64,000 bases of DNA from an uncultured Candidatus Binatia bacterium (GTDB taxonomy: Bacteria > Desulfobacterota > Binatia > UBA9968 > JAJDTQ01), in assembly GCA_964291295.2 (NCBI GenBank), contig OZ219754.1, positions 1,696,001-1,760,000 on the forward strand, in the 5' to 3' direction. The translations under genes were made by a program, and so were the position numbers. This document shows, piece after piece, positions 19,485-29,672 of the stretch; within the stretch, counting starts at the first letter, position 1; each line of letters starts with the position of its first letter. Under the pieces are notes generated by a model. That model worked only from the letters and a program-made list of their open reading frames with translations, did not search any database and was not told where the DNA came from.

Positions 19485-19747
19485 GATCGGAGCTTCCCTT
19501 CGCTCAATGGCGGTCGATCAAGTTTCACTGTAGCGGATAAGGTTATACGGCGAACGTGAAACGACGCAAACCGCGGCCATACCCCCGTCATGTCTGGCGG
19601 CAACTCCGCGAAGAGCGATACCGTGCGCACTGTCCAACCCGGCGCTGCGGAACCCTGCGCGGTCAGATGCCGTCCTGCGGGAACATGCGCAGTCAGATGC
19701 CATCCTGCGTGGACCGTGTCGGTGCATGTACGGTGCCCGGATGCGGT

Positions 19748-21199
19748 TCACACTTCCACGATGGGTTGGCCGATGATCCACAGGCTGAAGACCGTGTAGC
19801 CGACCATCAGAAGCAGCATGGGGAGTTGTGACGCGACGGCCGCGCTCCCGGGGTGTGCACGGTTGGCCGCCCGATGGGTGAGCCACACGGCGAGGACATG
19901 GCCGGCCACGATGACGAAGAGCGAGAACAGCCACAGAAACCGGGCGTCCACCACCGTCGGGTCCGGTGTGGTGCCGGCGGTGCCGAAGAGATCCCAGCCC
20001 ATCCCGAACGGGTCGGAGAGGTGCCCGTAGAGGCGCTGGCCTTCGATCACCAGCAACACCAGATAGTGAGCCAGGTGATAGGCGACGGCAATGGGTACGA
20101 GGGAGAGCACCTGCGTGGAGGCGATCTCCCTCGCGCTGCGTGGAAGGCCCTGCCGGCGTTTCTCCAGGCATGCCGTCAGCTTGCAGGTTCCCGCGAACAG
20201 GGCCATGAAACAGACGGGGGCCATGACGAGCCCGGTGGTGAAGATCAGGGTGCGTGCGCCGGTGTTGCCCAGGGAATGGGTCCAGCCGAGGTCGTACAGG
20301 CCGTGGGACGCCGTGGCGTAAAGCCGCGCCCACCCGGGTGTGTGGAGAAAGCCGTCGAAGCTCACGGTGGCCAGCAGCGTAACCACCAGCACCATCATGG
20401 AGACCGATACCTTTTCGCCGTCCGCCAACCCGGAGCCGTAGTGCCGCAGCACGAGGCTTCCCTCGGAGGTGCGGGCCAGGGGAGCGAAGCGGCCGAACAG
20501 TGCGAAGATGATGGAGAACGTCTCGCCGCACTTCAGCCACGGCTTGACGCCGTACCGGGCCATGCCGGCCCAGGTGATGGAGCTGTAGACCAGGATGGCG
20601 GTCGCCAGGCCCGCCGGCGCCGTGTTGTCCGGCCACACCAGTTCGGCCCAGGCAAAGCACACGTAGAGGAACACCGCCGGCCACACGCCTGTCCACGGCG
20701 GCAACGGGCGGACGGGCCGTCGTCGCCCGGGCAGGAGCGCAGGTGCGGCGGCCCACGGGTTCACCGCCAGCCAGACGTTGCCGGCGAGGGCGCATACGAA
20801 GCCCAGGCCCACCCACCAGGCCACCCAGACGAACGCCGGCAGGATATTCGCCAGCGGATCCTCCTGGGTGCCGAGCCATCCCGCAGCCATCAGGAAGACG
20901 AAAGCGAGCACGGAGAAGATGGCCAGCCCACTTCGGAACCTGTCGTTGCCCACCAGCCGCCCGGCCCACGTCCGGGAGATGTCGAGGCTTCAGGGCGGCT
21001 CGGACGCGGTCTCTCTGGATGCGGCCTTCCTGGAGAGGGCCACCAGCACGATGAAGGTCAAGGCAACCACGAGCCCGGCGCCGGTGAGATAGTACCAGAG
21101 GGGCACGGGCAGGTCGTAGCGCTGGACCATGGCGTGGCCCCAGGCGGTGTCCGGAAGGGCGAACTGGATGCCGAGCCCCGGGAGAGCGGTCCGGCTCAC
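19748..21199 (-). pseudogene. polytopic membrane protein (family often labelled fenitrothion hydrolase-like), interrupted by in-frame TGA at 20990-20992
   Basis: N-part HAMVQRYDLPVPLWYYLTGAG...SEPP then TGA then SLDISRTWAGRLVGNDRF continues in the same frame into ORF 19748..20953 (SLVPIAVAYHLAHY, SDPFG.GWDLFGT, SQLPM). Confidence 0.7.
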
Positions 21200-21345
21200 G
21201 GTCAGCCTGCCGGTCCGGGACGCCGGTCGGTTCAGCGGGACGTGTCGCGCATGCGTCTCCTGTGCGTTCGTGTCCGCGCACGTGTCCTGCGCCTCCACGT
21301 CATGCCTGCGGCATGTGTTGCCGGCACCAACCGGGCCGGTGCCTC

Positions 21346-22371
21346 TCACCGGCACACCATGTCCGTCCACACCACTTGGTGGTGCGTGGTTCCGCTGCTG
21401 CCGCCTTGCCGGACGCCGCCGCCGGGCAGGTGGATCCAGCCGTTCAGGTAGACCAGCCCGGTGACGCCGTGGACCGGGATCGGCATGTCGGCGAGTCGCG
21501 TCCAGGTGTCGGTCCCGGGGTTGTAGACCTCGTGGTGCGGGAACACGCCCGTGGCGCCCGCCGACGGATGCTCCCCGCCGAAAGTGTGGAAGCAGCCGTT
21601 CACGGCGATGCCGTTGAGACCGCCCCGGGCTTCGGACATGGGCCGCCGCGTGGCCCACTGGCGGGTGGCGGGGTCGTAGACCTCCAGGGCCGGGGTGATC
21701 TCGCTGCGGAAGCCGCCGCCGAACCGCCCGCCCGCCACGTAAAGCTTTCCGCCGATGGCCGCCGCCGCCATGTGGTTGCGCGCGGTGGGCAGATCGGGCA
21801 GCACGGTCCACTTGTCGGCCCCGGGATCGTACGCGGCAAAATCATGGCCCCGCGGCGGCCGTCCCCCGGCCACGTAGATCTTGCCGTCGATGACGTCATG
21901 GGCCATGGCGCTGCGCGCGGTGGGCATCGGCGTCCGCGGCGTCCATTTCCGGGTCTTGGGGTCATAGGCATGCACCGCGTCGGTGTAGCGGGACCGCTCC
22001 CTGCGTCCGCCGGCATTGGTCTGGCCGCCGATGACGTAGAGCCCACCGCCGAAGGCCACCGCGGAGGCGTGGTTGATGGTGGTGGGGTAGGGCGTGGTGA
22101 GTGTCCAGGTGTCCGTTGCCACATCGTAGACCTGTACGGTGTCGACACTCTGCCGCGTGGACGGGTAGCCGCCCACCACATAGATCCTGCCGTCAAGGTA
22201 GGCTACCGCCATTTCCGAGTTGGGCTCCGCCAACTCGGCGCGCTTGTCCCACCTGGTGACGGGCCGGGTCTCCGCGGCCGGAACGGCGAAACCCGCCGGC
22301 ACGGCGAAAACGCCCAGGATCGTCACGATACCGAATTTCCGGAGAAAACACCGTGCTGCCGTATGCGACAT
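21346..22371 (-). CDS. secreted Kelch-repeat beta-propeller protein
   Basis: Repeated IYVVGG/LYVIGG/IYVAGG...YDP...W motifs; N-terminal signal peptide. Confidence 0.9.
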   Translation of the reverse strand: MSHTAARCFLRKFGIVTILGVFAVPAGFAVPAAETRPVTRWDKRAELAEPNSEMAVAYLDGRIYVVGGYPSTRQSVDTVQVYDVATDTWTLTTPYPTTINHASAVAFGGGLYVIGGQTNAGGRRERSRYTDAVHAYDPKTRKWTPRTPMPTARSAMAHDVIDGKIYVAGGRPPRGHDFAAYDPGADKWTVLPDLPTARNHMAAAAIGGKLYVAGGRFGGGFRSEITPALEVYDPATRQWATRRPMSEARGGLNGIAVNGCFHTFGGEHPSAGATGVFPHHEVYNPGTDTWTRLADMPIPVHGVTGLVYLNGWIHLPGGGVRQGGSSGTTHHQVVWTDMVCR

Positions 22372-22444
22372 TGCGCACCTCCCTTCGGGCAAACCATGCA
22401 CCACGGCGTTCCCGATTGACAAACCGTCCCGGAGACAATAGAGC

Positions 22445-22630
22445 GGAATCGAACCCAGAATCGGCACCGAGACCAACACCAGGATCGGCACCGAGACCGA
22501 AACCAGGATCGGCACCGAAACCAACACCGAAACCGGCACCAACACCAGAACCAACACCAACACCGACACGCGATGCACTCATACTCTCACTCTCTCTCGC
22601 ACCCACACTCACACCTACACTCACACCCGG
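22445..22630. repeat. hexamer-periodic low-complexity repeat (ACCGAG/ACCAAC/ACCAGG units) followed by a CA/CT-rich tract
   Basis: Directly visible between the divergent Kelch and amidohydrolase genes. Confidence 0.8.
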
Positions 22631-22648
22631 AACCAGGAGGCGGACATC

Positions 22649-23695
22649 ATGGGTAACATGACCTGTGTCGACACGGATGGCCACGTCCTCGAACGGCAGG
22701 GGGACATTCGCAAGTATCTGGAGGCGCCCTGGAACCAGCGCCCCACGCCGCTCTGGCCGGGAGACCAGCCTTGGGATCCGAATCTGTTCAACGGTTTCAA
22801 GATGGCCGTGAACTGGGAAGGGCTGGCGCCCGAGGAGCAGGTGCGGCGCTGGCATACGCTCATGGACAAGCAGGACATGGAAGTGGCCATCTGCTTTCCC
22901 ACGGGTTCGGGCAACATCGCCAAGAACCAGGAGGTGCCCTACCAGGTGGCCGTGGCCAAGGCCGCGAACACGCATTTCGCCAGGGAGTACAATGCGCTGT
23001 CGAACCGCCTGAGCTGCGTCGGCGTGCTGCCCATGAGGGCGCCGGCGGAGGCCGCCCGGGAGCTTCGGCGCGCGGTCAACGAACTGGGACTCAAGGGTTT
23101 CGAGATTCTGCCCACCGGCCTGCCCGTTGCTCTCGGCGACAGCTTTTACGATCCCATCTACAAGGCGGCCGAGGAGGAGGGCGTGGTGCTGGGCATCCAC
23201 GGCACCCGCAACACCTCCCGGGAACTCGGCGCCTCGACCCTCAGCACATTCGCCGAGGTCCACTCCTACGCCTTCACCGCCGGCATCCTGCTGCAGTTCA
23301 CCAGCATGGTCTGCCAGGGTGTCACGGAGCGGTTCCCGAAGCTCAAGCTGGCCTTCCTGGAGATCGGCGCCACCTGGCTGCCCTACTACATGGACCGGCT
23401 CGACGAACATTGGGAGAAGCGCGGTGCCCACGAGATGCCGCTCTTGAAGCGGAAGCCCAGCGACGCCGTACGGGAGTCCAATCTGTACTTCAGCCTTGAG
23501 TCCGGCGAGTCCCAGTTGGCCGCCACGGTGGACTACATGGGCAGCGGCCACTTCGTCTACGCCTCCGACATCCCGCACTGGGACAACGAGTTCCCCGAGA
23601 ATCTGCACCATCTCAGGAACCACCCGGACCTGTCGGACGAGACAAGGGAGAAGATCCTCCGGACCAACGCCAGGCAGCTGTTCGATCTGGATTAG
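22649..23695 (+). CDS. amidohydrolase family protein (Amidohydro_2)
   Basis: DTDGHVLE, YDPIY, GIHG, ERFPKLKLAFLEIG, ASDIPHWD. Confidence 0.92.
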   Translation: MGNMTCVDTDGHVLERQGDIRKYLEAPWNQRPTPLWPGDQPWDPNLFNGFKMAVNWEGLAPEEQVRRWHTLMDKQDMEVAICFPTGSGNIAKNQEVPYQVAVAKAANTHFAREYNALSNRLSCVGVLPMRAPAEAARELRRAVNELGLKGFEILPTGLPVALGDSFYDPIYKAAEEEGVVLGIHGTRNTSRELGASTLSTFAEVHSYAFTAGILLQFTSMVCQGVTERFPKLKLAFLEIGATWLPYYMDRLDEHWEKRGAHEMPLLKRKPSDAVRESNLYFSLESGESQLAATVDYMGSGHFVYASDIPHWDNEFPENLHHLRNHPDLSDETREKILRTNARQLFDLD

Positions 23696-23894
23696 CGAAG
23701 AATGGTTCGCGAAGCATGGTGATGGGGAAGCGACGCGGCCTGCGGGGGCCACCGGCCGGTCGCCCCCGCAGGCCGCGGACGACCCGCTCGGCAGTTGAAG
23801 CTCCTCTTCAGCGCCGCCGGTTCGGCAGCTTGGCGGAGCGGGGCGAGTCTGGCGAGTCAAGTCGGGGTGCGGTCCGGTGGAGGACAGGAGACCC

Positions 23895-25097
23895 ATGGCA
23901 ACCCTGAAGATGCAATACGGCGTCATCTCCGCGGATGACCACATCCAGGAAGCTCCCGATGTCTGGACCAACAGGATGTCGAAGGCCAGATTCGGCGACG
24001 ACATCCCCCATATCGTGGAGTTGCCGGACGGCACCCAGACCTGGTCCCTGGGCGGCGAAACCAGGGGATTCGGCGGCCTCGCCCGGGTGTCCGGCGTGAA
24101 CCCGAACGTGAGGAGGTGGGAGGATGTGCCCCGCTCGACCTACGTGCTTTCGGAGCGCCTGAAGGTGCTGGACCAGGAGCAGCTGGATGCCTCGGTGCTC
24201 TTCCCCAACATCATCGGCATCACCAACCAGAACTTCCAGAAGGAGGGCAGCGAGGCATTCCGGCTGGCCTGCATCCGGGCCTACAACGACTGGCTCATCG
24301 AAGAGTGGCAGGACTGCACACCCCGGTTCATCGCCCAATGCGTGGCCCCCATGTGGGACGTGGACCTGTGCGTGGCGGAGATACACCGCGCCGCAAGGCG
24401 CGGCCACAAGGCGCTGGTGTGGCACGGCGCCCCTCACATCCTCGGACTCCGGCACTTCAACGACCCCTACTGGTACCCGGTCTATCAGGCATGCTGCGAC
24501 CTGGACGTGCCCATCTGCCTGCACTCCACCGCGCTGCCCGCCCTGCCGCCCTGGGACTCCCTGGAGAAGAGTGCGCGCTTCGCCCTGGGTGTGTCCATGA
24601 CCTTCGTGAGCCACATGGAAATCGTCTCCAACATTCTCTATTCGGGCGTGTTCGAGAAGTTCCCCGGGCTCAAGACCATCAGCGTCGAGAGCGGTGTGGG
24701 CTGGCTGCCCTACCTGCTGGAGGAGTTGGACCACGAGTTCGAGGAGCGCCGTGTAGCCGAGCACACCACCCTGACCCGTAAACCGGGCGATGTCTTCCGG
24801 AGCAACATGTGGGCTACCTTCTGGCACGAGCGCCACGGCATCCGCAGCCGCGATGCCATCGGCGTGGACAGGATCATGTATTCGGTGGACTATCCTCACG
24901 GCACCACCACTTGGCCCGCGTCGGTGTGGTGCCGGACCCACTCGCTGCAGGATGTGGAGTCCGTGGAGGAGCGCAAGAAGATCCTGATGGACAATGCCGT
25001 CGGCCTCTACGGGCTCGACGTGGACGAATCCGGCATCAGCCAACCCCTTTACGAGCCGGGCCCCATCACCGTCGGACCTCGCCCCGAAGTGGCATAG
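23895..25097 (+). CDS. amidohydrolase family protein (Amidohydro_2)
   Basis: ISADDHIQE, RAYNDW, PICLH, VESGVGW, SVDYPH. Confidence 0.92.
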   Translation: MATLKMQYGVISADDHIQEAPDVWTNRMSKARFGDDIPHIVELPDGTQTWSLGGETRGFGGLARVSGVNPNVRRWEDVPRSTYVLSERLKVLDQEQLDASVLFPNIIGITNQNFQKEGSEAFRLACIRAYNDWLIEEWQDCTPRFIAQCVAPMWDVDLCVAEIHRAARRGHKALVWHGAPHILGLRHFNDPYWYPVYQACCDLDVPICLHSTALPALPPWDSLEKSARFALGVSMTFVSHMEIVSNILYSGVFEKFPGLKTISVESGVGWLPYLLEELDHEFEERRVAEHTTLTRKPGDVFRSNMWATFWHERHGIRSRDAIGVDRIMYSVDYPHGTTTWPASVWCRTHSLQDVESVEERKKILMDNAVGLYGLDVDESGISQPLYEPGPITVGPRPEVA

Positions 25098-25173
25098 GCG
25101 TGTGCGGCGCCGCCGGGCAGCGGAAACCCGGCAGAGTCGTCTGCCGGCCCCCGCGCACCCCGGCCGGTCACGG

Positions 25174-25605
25174 TCACGAGCCGCCGGCGTCGGCGTCGGC
25201 GTCGCCGTAGGTCATCAGCTCGATGAGATTGTCGTCGGGGTCGCGGAAGTACAGGCTGATGCCCGTGCCCTGCGAGCCGGTGCGGGCCACGGGTCCGGAG
25301 ATCACGGCAACGCCGGCCTGCCGCAGGAAATCCCGGGCCTCTCGCACCGTTCCCTCCCAGCGCAGGCAGAAGTCGGCGCCACCGGTGGCGTAGTTGGGCG
25401 CGTGCGTCGGGCTTTCGGTCGCGTAGCGATCCACCCCATACAGGTTCAGTTTTTGCGTCTCGCTGATGCGGATGATGGGACGCGGGCCACGTCCGCCGGG
25501 ACGCTCCTGCCAGCCCGCGTCGAGGCCGAGCCTGCGGTAGAAGGCGAAGGTCTCTTCCAGGTCCTTGACCACCAGAACCCAATGATCGATGGCTGCGATG
25601 CCCAT
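25174..25605 (-). CDS. VOC/glyoxalase family protein
   Basis: IDHWVLVVKDLEETFAFY, QKLNL, GPVARTG, SLYFRDPDDNLIEL. Confidence 0.9.
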   Translation of the reverse strand: MGIAAIDHWVLVVKDLEETFAFYRRLGLDAGWQERPGGRGPRPIIRISETQKLNLYGVDRYATESPTHAPNYATGGADFCLRWEGTVREARDFLRQAGVAVISGPVARTGSQGTGISLYFRDPDDNLIELMTYGDADADAGGS

Positions 25606-26260
25606 GGTTCGTCCTCGTTGAATCGGTGCCGATACGTTCCGATACGCTGATGGTCCCGGATCCCTCGTTGCAGGCCCCGGGTGGCGGATTGACGGGACAC
25701 GACAGTAGGCGAACCGCACCCGGATGGCAAGGGAGGGAGCAAGGAACGGAGGGCGCAAGGAACGAATCAAGGGACGGAGACCCGTGCGGGAAGCGGCTCC
25801 CAGCGCAGTGCCACACATGCCCGCGGGTCGTGGACCTGATGCCGCGAAACCTGTCCTTCCTGTTGCCGGGCGTGCATGGGCCTCTCGCCGGACGCCATCC
25901 CCGGCCCCGCGGGCCTCGCCGTCCTCCTGCCTCACGCTCTGCCGTTCATGTTTATGCCATTCACGTTTGTGCCGTTCGCGCTTGATCCGGACACCCTGGA
26001 TGCTTTGCGGTCGTGCTCCGGCTCATCCCGGCAACGAGCCCGAAGGTGTGGTGGCCGGTCCGCGTGCCGCGCTGGCCGGGGGGCCAGGAGTCTGCGCCGC
26101 AGGACGCTTCGGCAGGTAACTGGTGGGAGTGCATATCCAAATTTTCGTCCAAAATGCCAGAAACGTGTAGCCTTGTCCCATTATTGGACACGAATCGGGC
26201 ACCAAGTGGGACTCTGGTGGATCTCTGTCCCACGAAAACTCTCTGCGGCGCACGCTCCAG

Positions 26261-26357
26261 GGAAGGTCTGAACAACCCCGAATTGCTGGGGCTGAATCAA
26301 TACCATCAGCAGGTTGCGAGGGGCACAGTGTCGCACCACGCCCTGTTCAGACCTTCC
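26261..26357. mobile_element. MITE with IS5-family-like terminal inverted repeats (copy 1)
   Basis: Perfect 14-bp TIR GGAAGGTCTGAACA...TGTTCAGACCTTCC around a non-coding core; similar copy at 39234. Confidence 0.8.
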
Positions 26358-26373
26358 CCGGGGCGCGCCGGGC

Positions 26374-27258
26374 TCACCGCCTCTGACTGGCGATGAACCC
26401 CCTCAGCACCTCGTTGAATTCCCTCGGGTGTTCGCGGAAGGAGAAGTGGCCGGCCTCGTTGAGGATGTGCATGCGCGTGCGCCGCGCACGCATGCACAAC
26501 AGCTCGAACAGGCGCATTCCCTGCGCCAGCGTGGCGGTCGGGTCGTTGTAGCCCCACACCAGCAGCGTGGGCTTCTGCAGGCCGCGCTCCCGGATCCAGC
26601 CCAGGGTCTCCTCCTTCTCGATGGCGTGGCGGGTCAGGAACAGGCTCTTCCGCAGGCCCCGGGTGATCATCTTCTCGACACTCTCCCGGTATTTCGGCAG
26701 TTGCGCCACCCCGGTCAACGCGTCGAGCCAGTCGCCGGTGATGTGGGCGCCGCCGCGGGAGTAACGCTCCAGCACCCACCGCTGGCTTTCCCGGGAGAGG
26801 CGTGGTTCGGGGGTGTCGGCAAAGACGATGTGGTTCCGGCCAAAGCCCGGGGCCAGGGTGTTGGTGTCGATGGGGATGCACGACTTCACGAGGTCCGGCC
26901 GTTCCAGGGTCATGCGGGCCGCCGCGTAGGCGCCGCGGGAGTGGCCCACCACGTGCACGTCGCCGAGCCCCAGGGCTTCGAGAAAGCCGATGGCGTGGCG
27001 TACGCTGGCGGCCATGGTGTAGTCGTCATCGCTCGCCGGGTTGTCGGTGAGACCCTGCCCCAGCCTGTCGAAGGCATGGACATGGAACCACCGGGCAAGG
27101 GCGTCGAAATTGAGAGCCCAGTCCGGGCTGCAGTCGGCGGCGTCATTGGATCCGAAGACGCCGCCGTGGATCAGCAGGAGATTCTCGCCGCTGCCCTTCT
27201 CGAAGTAGCGCGTTCGGATGCCGTCCACATCCACGAACTTCTCATCTGCGGTTTGCAT
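26374..27258 (-). CDS. alpha/beta hydrolase (MhpC/BphD-like)
   Basis: LLIHGG, FDRLGQG, VGHSRGA, VWGYNDP, AGHF. Confidence 0.88.
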   Translation of the reverse strand: MQTADEKFVDVDGIRTRYFEKGSGENLLLIHGGVFGSNDAADCSPDWALNFDALARWFHVHAFDRLGQGLTDNPASDDDYTMAASVRHAIGFLEALGLGDVHVVGHSRGAYAAARMTLERPDLVKSCIPIDTNTLAPGFGRNHIVFADTPEPRLSRESQRWVLERYSRGGAHITGDWLDALTGVAQLPKYRESVEKMITRGLRKSLFLTRHAIEKEETLGWIRERGLQKPTLLVWGYNDPTATLAQGMRLFELLCMRARRTRMHILNEAGHFSFREHPREFNEVLRGFIASQRR

Positions 27259-27371
27259 CGGACGTCCTCCGGGCTCCCGGCCCCGCGGGTGCGGCACCGC
27301 ATGCGGTGCACGGTGCAACTTGCCAAGCGTGGATTTGCAAAACAGTACCGGAGAACGATATCATATATGGT

Positions 27372-28343
27372 ATGAGTGGCGCCAGATTCAATATTCCCTC
27401 CATGAGTTCGTTGATCGCGTTCGAGGCAACGGCCCGGCTCGGCGGCGTGATACGGGCTTCCGAAGAGTTGAACACGTCGCAATCGGCGGTCAGCCGTCAC
27501 ATCCGCAATCTGGAAACAGCATTGGGCGACGAGCTTTTCCAGCGTCAGGGCCGGGGAGTGGTGCTGACCAGAAGCGGCGAAGACTACTATGTCGCCGTCA
27601 AGTCGTCCCTGGAGAACCTGCATGCGGCCGGCGACGGATTGCGCACTCACACGGCCAGCGTCATCATCGCCTGCACGCATGACATCTTCCACTTCCTGCT
27701 GTTGCCGGTCTTTGGCGATCTCAAGCGGTCCATGGGGGCCGGCGCCAGCTTGCGCATCCTGAACGGGGACTATGACATGTTGCCCCTGCTGGTGTCCGCG
27801 GGGGTGGACATGGTTTTCGAGCACTGCGTGCTCCCGACGGATCCCGGCGCGGTGAAGCTGCTGGATGAGGAGGTGGTTCCGGTCGGTTCGCCAAGCTTCG
27901 TGAAGCGGTTCGAGCGGCTGCTTGGCAGGCACCCCAGGTACTGGTCCGATGTTCCCCGTCTGGACTTTGCCCAACGCGACCCATCCTGGGCCACCTGGAC
28001 GACCTGGTTCCTCTCCAACGACTGCAAGCCTCCGAAAGCGCCGGTGGAATCGTACGACAGTTACAGGCATCTGCTGGATGCGGCCGCAAACGGCGCCGGC
28101 ATGGCCCTGGGTTGGAACGGCCTTGTGAATCCTCACCTGGAGTCCGGGCGGCTCGTTCGACTCCGGGACCGGTGGTTGCGGTCGCAGATCAGCCTTTATG
28201 CGGTGTTGACCCAGAACGGACACAACAACCACAACGCCGCGCGCCTCCTGAAGACGCTGGCCACTCTGGGCGAGCGGCTGGCGGGCGCAAGGCCGGTGTC
28301 GCCGCAGCGACAGCCGACTCGCGAACACGTTTCATTCCTGTGA
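27372..28343 (+). CDS. LysR family transcriptional regulator (GcvA-like)
   Basis: LIAFEATARLGGVIRASEELNTSQSAVSRHIRNLE..LG..LFQRQGRGVVLT. Confidence 0.92.
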   Translation: MSGARFNIPSMSSLIAFEATARLGGVIRASEELNTSQSAVSRHIRNLETALGDELFQRQGRGVVLTRSGEDYYVAVKSSLENLHAAGDGLRTHTASVIIACTHDIFHFLLLPVFGDLKRSMGAGASLRILNGDYDMLPLLVSAGVDMVFEHCVLPTDPGAVKLLDEEVVPVGSPSFVKRFERLLGRHPRYWSDVPRLDFAQRDPSWATWTTWFLSNDCKPPKAPVESYDSYRHLLDAAANGAGMALGWNGLVNPHLESGRLVRLRDRWLRSQISLYAVLTQNGHNNHNAARLLKTLATLGERLAGARPVSPQRQPTREHVSFL

Positions 28344-28376
28344 CGGCGCGCCGGCCGACGGCGCGGGGTCGCCGCA

Positions 28377-29672
28377 TCACGCATCGAGGCTCGCCGTGTC
28401 GAAGAAACGCCGCAGCACGCGGCTCAGGTCGAAGGCGTCCGCCGTGCCCGCCAGTTCCCGGATGGAGTGCATGGCCCACTGGGCCACGCCCACGTCCACG
28501 GTGCGTACGCCCGTCCTGGCCGCCGCCAGCGGGCCGATGGTGCTGCCGCACGCCATGTCGCTGCGCACCACGAAGGTCTGGACCGCCACGCCCTCGTCCG
28601 CGGCCAGCCGCCGAAACGCGGCCGCGGTCTCGCTGTTGCTGGCATAGCGCTGGTTGGCGTTCATCTTGATGACCGGTCCGCGGTTGAGCAACGGCCCGTG
28701 GTTGCTGTCGTGCCGGTCGGCGAAGTTGGGGTGGATGCCGTGGGCGTTGTCGGTGGAGATCAGCATGGAGCGGGAGAGGGAACGGTTGCGGTCCTCCGGA
28801 ACGGGCAGCAGGCGCTCCAGCATCTGGGTCAGCATGGCTCCCCGGGCGCCGGCGGCCGTGGTACTCCCCACTTCTTCGTGATCATTGCAGACCAGCAACG
28901 CGCCGGCGCGGCCGTCCGCCTCCCGCAAGGCCCGCATCCCGGCGAAACAGCTCAGCAGGTTGTCGAGCCGGGCCGACGCGATGAACTCCTGCGCCACGCC
29001 GACGAGGGCGGGGGGCTGGGTGTCGTAGAGCACCAGCTCGTGGTCCAGCACCTCACCCACCTCCGCGCCGCTGTCCGCCTCGAGCCGCTGGCGCAACAGG
29101 GTCCTGAGATCGAAGTCGTCGCCCTGCTGGCCCAGCACCGCCGGAAGGCAGGTCTGCGCGTTCACCGATCGGTTCTCGTTGGCGTCCCGGTCCAGGTGAA
29201 TGGCCAGGCTGGGGATCACCGCCACCGGCTGCCTGAAATCGACAAGGCCATGGGCCAGGGCGCCCTTGCGGTCGAGATAGCTGACCCGTCCCGCCATGGA
29301 CAGGTCCCGGTCGAACCAGGGATTCAGCAGCGCCCCGCCGTAGACCTCGACGCCCAACCGGCAGTAGCCGTGCTTGTGGATTTCGGGCTGCGGCTTGACC
29401 TTCAGGCACGGTGAATCCGTGTGCGCGCCCACCATCCGAAGCCCGGTCTCCGGCAGCACCGCCCGCGCGGGCACCGTCCAGGCGATGAGGGAGGAGCCGT
29501 TGCGGGTGGTGAAGTAGCGGCCGCCCGGCTCCAGGCGCCATGCATCGGCCTCGGGCCGGTGCCGGAAACCGGCGTCCGCCAGCCGCCGCGCCATCTGGTG
29601 GACGGCGTGAAACGGTGTGGGCGACGCGGCCAGAAAGTCCGTCAGTTCACGATTGAATTGTTGCCGGTCCAT
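28377..29672 (-). CDS. apeB: M18 family aminopeptidase
   Basis: SPTPFHAV, GAHTDSP, RLDNL, DHEEVGS, DNAHGIHPN, CGSTIGP, AMHSIRE. Confidence 0.93.
   Translation of the reverse strand: MDRQQFNRELTDFLAASPTPFHAVHQMARRLADAGFRHRPEADAWRLEPGGRYFTTRNGSSLIAWTVPARAVLPETGLRMVGAHTDSPCLKVKPQPEIHKHGYCRLGVEVYGGALLNPWFDRDLSMAGRVSYLDRKGALAHGLVDFRQPVAVIPSLAIHLDRDANENRSVNAQTCLPAVLGQQGDDFDLRTLLRQRLEADSGAEVGEVLDHELVLYDTQPPALVGVAQEFIASARLDNLLSCFAGMRALREADGRAGALLVCNDHEEVGSTTAAGARGAMLTQMLERLLPVPEDRNRSLSRSMLISTDNAHGIHPNFADRHDSNHGPLLNRGPVIKMNANQRYASNSETAAAFRRLAADEGVAVQTFVVRSDMACGSTIGPLAAARTGVRTVDVGVAQWAMHSIRELAGTADAFDLSRVLRRFFDTASLDA

Noticed and set aside
7523-19500. tRNA-Val as attachment site for island 1
   Set aside because: No integrase, and I did not spot a duplicated tRNA 3' end; two ordinary genes lie between the tRNA and the island (search by eye only)
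11680-20992. Reassignment of UGA (alternative genetic code) to explain three in-frame TGAs
   Set aside because: Most genes here end at TGA exactly where family similarity ends, often in ATGA overlaps, so TGA is a normal stop
25620-26260. ncRNA or second mobile element in the long VOC-hydrolase intergenic region
   Set aside because: Only short inverted repeats (TGTCC/GGACA, GTGGGA/TCCCAC) and an AT-rich patch; no family motif or second copy seen
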